From IMG/VR virus record IMGVR_UViG_3300027928_000002, positions 1 through 20,039 of that record: a stretch of DNA of 20,039 bases. One strand, 5' to 3'. Origin of the DNA: a virus. The notes below the pieces were generated by a model. The model had not been told where the DNA came from and searched no databases. It worked only from the letters and a program-made list of their open reading frames with translations. The translations under genes were made by a program, and so were the position numbers. Positions 8,489 through 15,651 of the stretch are shown one piece after another. The number at the start of each line of letters is the position of its first letter. Positions within the stretch are counted from its first letter, which is position 1.

Positions 8489-8760
8489 ACGGAGAATATG
8501 ACGAAAAGTTTGGAAAGATTTTTGAAAAACTTGAAAATCAGGAAATGATTTTACAGGAGATAAAAGAGAGATTAAAGGCAATTGATACGCTACAAGAAAG
8601 GGTTCTTAGGTTAGAGTTATGGGCTACTCACCACGATAAAATGCATATGTTAGATAATAAAAACATTATTATCGATAAGCAGACAGGGTTGGCTATTTTA
8701 AGCATTTTAGCCGCAGGAGGCTTTTTTGGTTATATACTTAGTTTAATATTAGGGGGGTGA
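8476..8760 (+). CDS. Coiled-coil protein with a C-terminal transmembrane helix (XhlA-like architecture)
   Basis: Heptad-like N-terminus LQEIKERLKAIDTLQERVLRLE; hydrophobic C-terminus GLAILSILAAGGFFGYILSLILGG. Confidence 0.6.
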   Translation: MDRLNGEYDEKFGKIFEKLENQEMILQEIKERLKAIDTLQERVLRLELWATHHDKMHMLDNKNIIIDKQTGLAILSILAAGGFFGYILSLILGG

Positions 8761-10127
8761 AAATAACGAAGGAAAAAGTAAAACTAACAGTAGGAATTGA
8801 TAAGGGCGAACTTTTAGAAGAAGGCACAATTATTAAACTTCCACTCTCAACGATACTTAGCGAAGGAACGCATAACGGTATTCTCTTCTTAGCCGAAGAA
8901 ATAGAAAAAGCAAAAGTCCCTCAGGTTTTTCCGCTTACATTAAATCATAGTAGGGATGTTGAGGATGAAGTAGGATGGTGGGAGAGTCCAAGAGTTGAAG
9001 ACAATAAACTAAGAGCAATCCCAGTTATAAATCTCGAAACGTCAAAAGGTAAAGCCGCATTAGGATACGTAAAGAATAGGCTTCAAGCTGGGTTAGTTCC
9101 AGAAGTCTCTGTTGAAGTATGGGCTGATATCGATACAGACGATAAAGGTAACAGAGTTGCGAGGAATTTAGAAATAGATAAGGCTTCTTTAGTCGATAGA
9201 GGAGCATGTAATCCAGAAAAAGGCTGTGGTATTGGTTTAAAGGAGGGGATAAAGATGGGTGTTGTTCCTAAGCACCCGTGGAAGTATGGTAAAGACGCTG
9301 AAAGCTCCTGGAGTAAACCAAATCTAAGCGATTTTACTTCAAAGAGATGGGATGAGCTTTCAGATGCAGAGAAAAGGACTATAGCAGGGCATTTTGCTTG
9401 GGCTGAGAAAATGCCTCCAGAGACTTATGGACAATTAAAACTGCCTCACCACGATCCAAAGTCCCACGCCGTGGTTTGGAACGGAGTTAGAGCCGCAATG
9501 GCAGCATTAATGGGAGCAAGGGGAGGCGTTAATATCCCAAGTGCTGATAAAAAGAAAGTTTACTCACACTTATCTGCACACTATAAAGAATTCGATAAAC
9601 AGCCACCAGAGGCGAAATTTAGCGAAGAAGGGGAGATTTTAGAGTTTAGATTTTTTGAAGGAGAAGAGGAGTTTTTTGAAATGGAGGACGGAGTTATGAA
9701 TGAGGAAATACCGGAAATGGAGGAGCAACAAGAAGTGGAAGCAACTATTGAACAAGAAGAGAATAAGCTTGAATTCTGCAAGGATGAATATGAAGCTCTT
9801 ATTAAAGAAAAAGAAGAAGAGATTTCTAAACTTAAAGCAGAGATTGAAGAGCTAAAGAAACTTTATGAAGACGCTAAAGCGAAAGTAGACGCTTATGAGC
9901 AGAGAGAAAAAGAAGAGCTAATAAACGAGTTAAAGAAGCTTAACCCCGATTTTGACCCAAAAGGGAAAGAATTGGAGGAATTAAGGTTTTTGGTTGAATT
10001 TGCGAAAGGCGTTAAGAAGTTTGGGCGTAAGAGTTTGGTTATTTCGCCCGTTGAGGACGATCCGAGGAAAAAATATGAGGAAATTTTGAGAATGAAAGTT
10101 AAAGAAATGTTAAGGAGGAGTGAATGA
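8757..10127 (+). CDS. Prohead maturation protease fused to a conserved middle domain and an acidic/coiled-coil scaffold
   Basis: Protease-like LTLNH...VGW...VPEVSVEV...ASLVDRGAC; middle domain LKLPHH...GVRAAMAALMGARGGV...HLSAHY; C-terminal coiled coil; directly upstream of MCP. Confidence 0.75.
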   Translation: MKITKEKVKLTVGIDKGELLEEGTIIKLPLSTILSEGTHNGILFLAEEIEKAKVPQVFPLTLNHSRDVEDEVGWWESPRVEDNKLRAIPVINLETSKGKAALGYVKNRLQAGLVPEVSVEVWADIDTDDKGNRVARNLEIDKASLVDRGACNPEKGCGIGLKEGIKMGVVPKHPWKYGKDAESSWSKPNLSDFTSKRWDELSDAEKRTIAGHFAWAEKMPPETYGQLKLPHHDPKSHAVVWNGVRAAMAALMGARGGVNIPSADKKKVYSHLSAHYKEFDKQPPEAKFSEEGEILEFRFFEGEEEFFEMEDGVMNEEIPEMEEQQEVEATIEQEENKLEFCKDEYEALIKEKEEEISKLKAEIEELKKLYEDAKAKVDAYEQREKEELINELKKLNPDFDPKGKELEELRFLVEFAKGVKKFGRKSLVISPVEDDPRKKYEEILRMKVKEMLRRSE

Positions 10128-11071
10128 AAATGGTAGATGTAGCTAAACTTCAAAAGGAGTTTGAGGAACTTGCAACTACTACTACAAGCGATATATCAGC
10201 TATTATAAAGAGCGAAGTATTTTCTAAGCTAATAGTAGATGAGGCAGCTCTTGGTAGGAAACTTGCCGGGATTATCTCTGCAGTTCAAGAAGACCTGCAA
10301 AAAGGCGATGGCGATACTATAAAAGTTAGAATATTCCCCAAAATTTCCGTCGCTCAGGTAGCGGAAGGAGCGGCTAATGAACTTGCGGCTTATCATCCAT
10401 TCTCTTCAAGCGTGACGATAAACAGGTATTCTGCTACGGTCCCACTAACAGGACAGAGCATTTACGAGGCATCTGTAGATCTACAGGCTAAGATTATTTC
10501 AAGATTAGCAGATGCATGGGCTGAGAAAATGGATGAAGTAATCACCCAAAAGCTCGACCTAGGAGCGGCAACAGGAACAAACTATACTCCAGCCGTTAAA
10601 GAAGTTCTCGCTTCAGCGGGAGACTTTTCAGACTTTTACGCTAAGCTAAAAGCTCTCGTTGATACTATGAGATATAGCAAGGGACTTAACCCAGATTATC
10701 TTATTATACCAAAAGAGATTAAAGCACAACTTATAAGCGATTATGAAGATGGAACAAAGAGGTATGCAATAGAAGTCGATGAGAATGGAGAGCTTAAGAG
10801 CGTGTATGGGCTTAAAGTAATAGTTGCTCCTTTTGCATCATCGGATAAGACACCTAACCAAGTCGTTGCGGTTGTGCTCGATAGCTCTATAGCAGTTGTC
10901 GAAGCAAGAGGAAAACCAGCCCTATTTGAAGAAAAGAGAGAGCCTGAGTATGACATCTACAAAGAAGTGTTTAACGCATACTGGGGAGTAGATGTTGTTA
11001 AAGCAGATCTCGACGGTAATAGCATAGCTGAAGCAATAGGTATTGGACAAGTAGTGAACCCAGAGGCCTGA
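10124..11071 (+). CDS. Major capsid protein (HK97-type fold)
   Basis: 315 aa after protease/scaffold; GDTIKVRIF, LADAWAEKMD, YLII, VYGLKVIV and AYWGVDVV patterns; followed by a terminator. Confidence 0.85.
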   Translation: MKMVDVAKLQKEFEELATTTTSDISAIIKSEVFSKLIVDEAALGRKLAGIISAVQEDLQKGDGDTIKVRIFPKISVAQVAEGAANELAAYHPFSSSVTINRYSATVPLTGQSIYEASVDLQAKIISRLADAWAEKMDEVITQKLDLGAATGTNYTPAVKEVLASAGDFSDFYAKLKALVDTMRYSKGLNPDYLIIPKEIKAQLISDYEDGTKRYAIEVDENGELKSVYGLKVIVAPFASSDKTPNQVVAVVLDSSIAVVEARGKPALFEEKREPEYDIYKEVFNAYWGVDVVKADLDGNSIAEAIGIGQVVNPEA

Positions 11072-11080
11072 TAGCGTAGC

Positions 11081-11110
11081 TTTTCTTTTTCTTTAATTTA
11101 ATTTACTTTT
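11081..11110 (+). terminator. T-rich terminator after MCP
   Basis: TTTTCTTTTTCTTTAATTTAATTTACTTTT without a GC hairpin. Confidence 0.55.
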
Positions 11111-11121
11111 AGGAGGAAACC

Positions 11122-11727
11122 GTGATGCTTTACGGTGATTTATTAAGTATCAGGGCTTTAACAGGTTTAACGAGTGAAGACGTTAGCGATGAAGAGATTG
11201 CTCAGGTTATGCAGTTAGCTAATAGAATTGTGCTTAAGACTACTCAGGGAAAAATAATCAGAGAACAGCCAAGACAGCTAGGGAGCGATAGGTTAGTTTA
11301 TCAAACTAATTATTATCCAGTTGCGGATACGGATGGAGATGGACAGGTTACGAGTAACGATATTAAAGTAGAAGCGTTAAACCCAATCGCAAGTTTTGAT
11401 ATGTGGCGAACTTTACAAATAGACCAAATAAATGCTGATTATGGACTTATAAAACTATTAAACGCTCCAGCAGATGGAGAAAGGGTATTTGTAACATATT
11501 CATATATCCCTGATGGGATCACGAAAGAAGATTTAGATGATTTAGTTAATCTGCTTACTGCTCACATCCTCACTTTAAGACTGCAGAACCCAGATACGGT
11601 TGCGATTACTGATTTAGGCGCTAATGAGCTTGTTATCAAAAAACAGGAGACTAAGTTCTTAGATGTGTATAAATTAAAACTAAACACAGTTATGAGCATA
11701 AAATGGATGAGGAGTATTGAGCCATGA
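11122..11727 (+). CDS. Head-tail adaptor/connector protein with an inserted domain
   Basis: Position after MCP; helical N- and C-termini (IRALTGLT...SDEEIAQVM; LVNLLTAHIL) typical of gp6/gp15-like adaptors; RBS GGAGG. Confidence 0.6.
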   Translation: MMLYGDLLSIRALTGLTSEDVSDEEIAQVMQLANRIVLKTTQGKIIREQPRQLGSDRLVYQTNYYPVADTDGDGQVTSNDIKVEALNPIASFDMWRTLQIDQINADYGLIKLLNAPADGERVFVTYSYIPDGITKEDLDDLVNLLTAHILTLRLQNPDTVAITDLGANELVIKKQETKFLDVYKLKLNTVMSIKWMRSIEP

Positions 11728-12161
11728 GTGATTATAGAGCTGAGTTAAAAACTAGGCTTAGTGGCATTACTTATACGGATAAATTAAACACAGTTCAAGC
11801 GGTAAACGTTTATTACGAGGAGGATCTAACGCAAGGGAAAGCAAGATTTAAAACACCCGCATTGATTATAAGGGGAATTCGACAGTTAATAGACCCTATG
11901 GATATTGGTTGGAACTTATATGATGAGCTTTACGAGATTGATGTAACTTTATACTTAAAATTGCGGAGTGATAGTTATACTGCTTGGACTGTGAGGGAGG
12001 AAATTACTCATCAGATGATTTCTCTTGCGAAGCAGAATAAGGACGGGCTAACAGCTGATGATCTTTACTTAAAGCTCGTTGAAATTATTGATAGGAATTA
12101 TTTGGAAGAAGTTGGAATTTTAAGGAGGGATTTTAGTTTTGAAATTTACAAGGAGGGATAA
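11724..12161 (+). CDS. Tail terminator / minor tail protein
   Basis: 145 aa directly before the tail tube; PALII and RDFSFEI beta patterns; assignment mainly positional. Confidence 0.5.
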   Translation: MSDYRAELKTRLSGITYTDKLNTVQAVNVYYEEDLTQGKARFKTPALIIRGIRQLIDPMDIGWNLYDELYEIDVTLYLKLRSDSYTAWTVREEITHQMISLAKQNKDGLTADDLYLKLVEIIDRNYLEEVGILRRDFSFEIYKEG

Positions 12162-12163
12162 GT

Positions 12164-13078
12164 TTGGCGTATCAATGGATAAAAATGGGCAATATAAGTA
12201 ATAAAGGTGTTTATATCGGGCTTTTAGCAAAAGAAGACGATTTAACCATCGAAAAAGACTTAGAAGAAGAGTATTATATTCATTCAGTTCATCCATTAGA
12301 AGTAAGAAACGCAAAGGTAGCCCCTTCTGGGAGTATAACACTTCCGCTGAAACCAGAAGACGGCTTAGATGAATTACTTTACGCTTTCTTTGGGACTGTA
12401 TCGACATCTTCGACATCTGAAACTGGTCCTTACACTCATACTTTCACAGTAAAAGAGAAAGATATCCCAGAATTTGAGATTATAAAAGCAATCGGCTCAA
12501 TACAGGAGAAATATACTGGGTGTAAAGTTAGAAGTATCGAGATTTCAGCTAACGCAAGTGGAGAGTTTGAGGTTACAGTTGAAATAGTAGCAAAGAATGG
12601 ACAGCAAGTTACAGGTGAAACAGAAGGAACTTATACGTTATCTAAGACTATGAAGGTCACATCCTCCTCAATCACGTGGGGAGGAATTGAATATGGTATA
12701 GGCTCTGCAACAATTACACTTGAAAGAGATTTAGCAGAGGATGGCTTTTACTTAAATAGCGACGCTGGAAGGTCTGTAATTCCAGAAGGAAACTTTAAAG
12801 CGAGTGTTAAGCTCGATGTTTTAGTAGATGACGTGACGTTTATCCAAGACTTTTTAGCAGGGACTACAAAATCATTAGCAATCACTTTCCAGAATGCAGA
12901 TGGACAGAGCCTTGTTATTAATATCCCAGTCGGGGTTATTGTTAGCAGGGCAAAATCCACTGATGTTGGCAAACAGCTTTTAGTTGAAGAAGTGGAGATA
13001 ATTGGAATTGACGACGGCACAAACGGATCTGCATATGTTGAATTAACTAATTCTATCGCTTCATATCCGAGAACTTAA
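12164..13078 (+). CDS. Major tail tube protein
   Basis: 304-aa beta-rich protein with PSGSITLPL, PYTHTF, EKYTGCKVRSIEIS; upstream of chaperone and TMP; followed by a terminator. Confidence 0.8.
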   Translation: MAYQWIKMGNISNKGVYIGLLAKEDDLTIEKDLEEEYYIHSVHPLEVRNAKVAPSGSITLPLKPEDGLDELLYAFFGTVSTSSTSETGPYTHTFTVKEKDIPEFEIIKAIGSIQEKYTGCKVRSIEISANASGEFEVTVEIVAKNGQQVTGETEGTYTLSKTMKVTSSSITWGGIEYGIGSATITLERDLAEDGFYLNSDAGRSVIPEGNFKASVKLDVLVDDVTFIQDFLAGTTKSLAITFQNADGQSLVINIPVGVIVSRAKSTDVGKQLLVEEVEIIGIDDGTNGSAYVELTNSIASYPRT

Positions 13079-13085
13079 TTAGTTA

Positions 13086-13104
13086 TTTTTTTATTTTTTT
13101 ATTT
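13086..13104 (+). terminator. Oligo-T terminator after the tail tube gene
   Basis: TTTTTTTATTTTTTTATTT. Confidence 0.6.
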
Positions 13105-13145
13105 CAAAATCCAAACTGTTTTTATAAAACAATTATGTAAAAGCA

Positions 13146-13193
13146 CTGACCTCCTCCCCGCCCTGAAGGGCGAGGCTTTCAAAAGAAAAAGGT
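13146..13193 (-). mobile_element. IS200/IS605-family end remnant (MITE-like), right-end hairpin
   Basis: Minus strand reads ...GAAAGCCTCGCCCTTCAGGGCGGGGAGGAGGTCAG; 8-bp stem (one T/G wobble) with a TTCA loop at 13156-13175; GC-rich island in AT-rich intergenic DNA. It matches my recollection of archaeal IS605/tnpB ends; no tnpA/tnpB here. Confidence 0.65.
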
Positions 13194-13269
13194 ATTGCGT
13201 ATTAGTTAATTATCCTAATAAGTAGAATAGGCTAACGACTATAAGGTAAAATGAGAGGAGGAGATAAAA

Positions 13270-13554
13270 ATGGAGTTTATGGAATTTGAGTTTAACGGTA
13301 AAAAATACGTAGCAAGGGAGCCCAGCGGTTACCAACTATTAAAATTTACAGAAAAATACATGGATGATAACGGCGAAGTAAAGAGTAACGTATCAAAAGC
13401 AGATATGATTATCGAGTTAGTAAATATGATTTTCGGTATGAGTATTGAAGAGCTTAAGAAAATGAAGTGGAGCGAATTACAGTTTTTAAACGAGAAAGCT
13501 AACGAGTATTTACAGCAAATTCTAAGCGGTGAGCTGGGAAAAAAGCAAGAATAA
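13270..13554 (+). CDS. Tail assembly chaperone (lambda gpG-like)
   Basis: 94 aa between tube and TMP; strong RBS GAGGAGGAG; ends in a slippery sequence. Confidence 0.75.
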   Translation: MEFMEFEFNGKKYVAREPSGYQLLKFTEKYMDDNGEVKSNVSKADMIIELVNMIFGMSIEELKKMKWSELQFLNEKANEYLQQILSGELGKKQE

Positions 13555-13832
13555 TCGCAAAACAGCTTTTAAGCAATAAGCCTTATTTTTTTGCTGGTTC
13601 TGATAAGGACGCTTTTGCTATTTCTTTAAAGCTTCAAGCTATAATCATAGCTAAGTATTTCAATATTTCCCCAATTGAAGTTTTAAGCTGGAAATATTCT
13701 GAAATGAGGGAGATAATAGAGCTTATTGAAATAATTGAAGAAGCTAATTCTGATAAAAATAACTCAAATAAGACGGTTTATGATGTTGAAGAAAGATTAA
13801 AAAGAGTAAAAGGCGAGGGAGATGGCGAATGA
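13545..13832 (+). CDS. Tail assembly chaperone extension (gpGT-like) reached by -1 frameshift; not in the ORF track
   Basis: The -1 frame is open 13533-13832; in-phase G GGA AAA / A AAA AAG at 13536-13545; encodes ...IAKYFNISPIEVLSWKYSEMREII..., and overlaps the TMP start. Confidence 0.75.
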   Translation, partial: ARIIAKQLLSNKPYFFAGSDKDAFAISLKLQAIIIAKYFNISPIEVLSWKYSEMREIIELIEIIEEANSDKNNSNKTVYDVEERLKRVKGEGDGE

Positions 13833-15651
13833 AACGTTAAAAGTTATCATTTCCGCACAGGATCAGGCTACAGGAGCAATAAGGAGAATAGCAGAGAGCT
13901 TAAAAGACCTAAAAGGGACGGCTATTTTAGCAGGAGCAGCATTGGGAGCATTAACCCTCAAAAAGAGTATAGACGCTTTTACGGATTTTCAGAGTGCTTT
14001 AAAACAATCAGTCGCTATTATGGGCGATGTTTCAGCAGAAATGGAAAAAGCGTTAGGTAAAAAAGCGTTAGAAATTTCAAATAGTCTGGCTGTAAGCCAA
14101 GAAGAAGTCGCAAGAGCTTATTATTACCTTGCCTCAGCTGGTTTATCAGCAAAAGAAGTTATGGAGAGCGTTACCGATGTTGCTAAACTTGCAGTTGCGG
14201 CTCATATGGATATGGCTGAAGCTACAGATATAGCAGTCAATACTATGAAAGCTTTTGGTTATGAAGCTAAGGATCTTTCAAAGATAAATGATATCTTAAT
14301 CGCTACTGTTACCAAATCAAATACAAACTTAGCCCAGTTGGGAGAAGCTATGAAATACGTTGCTCCTTTTGCAAAACAGGTTGGCTGGGAGCTTAGCGAA
14401 GTATCAGCCGCAATTGGTCTTCTTGCAGATAGAGGTATAAAAGGCTCACAGGCTGGAACTTATTTAAGACAAGCTATCGCTCAGTTAGTCGACCCAACAG
14501 ATAGCGCTAAGGAAGCGATTGAAAGATTAGGGCTTAAAGTGGAAGATTTAAACCCTGAAACTCACAGCTTAACAGAAATACTACAAAAGTTAAGCGAAGC
14601 CGGAGCTACAACCTCTGATATAATGCAGATCTTCGGCGTTAGGGCAGGCTCTGCAATGGCCGTTCTGATGCAAGTTGGAGCTCCAGCATTAGAGGATTTT
14701 AATAATAAACTTAAAGAGAGCTCAGGTATTACTGATGAAGTTATGGCAAAACAACAAGAAGCTTTTGGAGAACAATTCAAGATTTTAAAGAACAATTTAA
14801 CCTCGATTGCAATCACTATAGGGAGTGTCGTTGTCCCTGCCTTAAATTCCCTTCTCAATCCATTGTTAGAATTATTACAAGCGTTTAACTCACTCCCAGA
14901 ACCAATACAAAAGACAGCGGGAGCTATAATTGCATTAGGGTCTGCGTTAATGGTAGTTTTAGGAGTAGTAAAAGTAGTGTCTGGCGTTGCGGGGTTCTTA
15001 GGCTTAAGCGGAGCAATTAGTAGCATAGCGGGAGCAGTAAGTGGGGTTTTACCTGCCTTGGGAGCTTTAGCAGGAGCAATAAGCCTTCCAGTCCTTGCAA
15101 TCGGGGCTTTAATTGCGGCTATTGGGTTATTGGTATTTAACGTTGGAGGAGCGAGAGATAAGTTAAAAGAGTATTTAGGGACAATAAAAGACGCTTTTGT
15201 TTGGGCGTTTAATACGATTGAAGAGAAAATGGTTAATTTTGCTTCTGATATGTATAATGCGGCTCTAAATATCGGGAGATCGATTTTAAATGGTATTAAA
15301 GACGGGCTTAGCAATATCTGGAACATAATAAAAGAGACATTAACGAACCCTATAAATCAGGCTATCGACTGGATTAAAGAGAAATTAAAGATAGGCTCAC
15401 CTTCTAAAGTCTTCGAAGAAATTGGACAGAGCATAGTTGAAGGTTATGGAGCCGGGTTAAAGAGTATTCAAAAAATAAAGCCTGTTTTACCAGCGTTACA
15501 AGTTAAGCCAATGCCTACACCTGCCCAGGCAGGTGGAGGACAGGCTAATATCGTGATACGGCTTGAAGGAGTAGCTATACGAGAAGATAAGGATATCGAT
15601 AAGTTAGCAGAAGAAATTGAAAAGCGGATTGGGAGGAAACTTAGATGGTAG
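13822..15651 (+). CDS. Tail tape measure protein (TP901-family core)
   Basis: Ala/Leu-rich; TKSNTNLAQLGEAMKYVAP, GIKGSQAGTYLRQ; hydrophobic Gly/Ala stretch; LKIGSPSKVF near the C-terminus. Confidence 0.93.
   Translation: MANETLKVIISAQDQATGAIRRIAESLKDLKGTAILAGAALGALTLKKSIDAFTDFQSALKQSVAIMGDVSAEMEKALGKKALEISNSLAVSQEEVARAYYYLASAGLSAKEVMESVTDVAKLAVAAHMDMAEATDIAVNTMKAFGYEAKDLSKINDILIATVTKSNTNLAQLGEAMKYVAPFAKQVGWELSEVSAAIGLLADRGIKGSQAGTYLRQAIAQLVDPTDSAKEAIERLGLKVEDLNPETHSLTEILQKLSEAGATTSDIMQIFGVRAGSAMAVLMQVGAPALEDFNNKLKESSGITDEVMAKQQEAFGEQFKILKNNLTSIAITIGSVVVPALNSLLNPLLELLQAFNSLPEPIQKTAGAIIALGSALMVVLGVVKVVSGVAGFLGLSGAISSIAGAVSGVLPALGALAGAISLPVLAIGALIAAIGLLVFNVGGARDKLKEYLGTIKDAFVWAFNTIEEKMVNFASDMYNAALNIGRSILNGIKDGLSNIWNIIKETLTNPINQAIDWIKEKLKIGSPSKVFEEIGQSIVEGYGAGLKSIQKIKPVLPALQVKPMPTPAQAGGGQANIVIRLEGVAIREDKDIDKLAEEIEKRIGRKLRW

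Noticed and set aside
13078-13208. ATTAGTTA direct repeat (13078-13085 and 13201-13208) as a target-site duplication of the IS-like element
   Set aside because: An 8-bp AT-rich match is plausible by chance, it does not abut the hairpin, and IS200/IS605 elements do not create target duplications.
197-15326. Minus-strand ORFs opposite structural genes (e.g. 197-484, 665-973, 4151-4585, 5156-5461, 12748-13020, 14562-15326) and nested short ORFs
   Set aside because: They are shadows of well-supported + strand genes: Ser/Leu/Phe-rich antisense composition, no RBS, no recognisable motifs.
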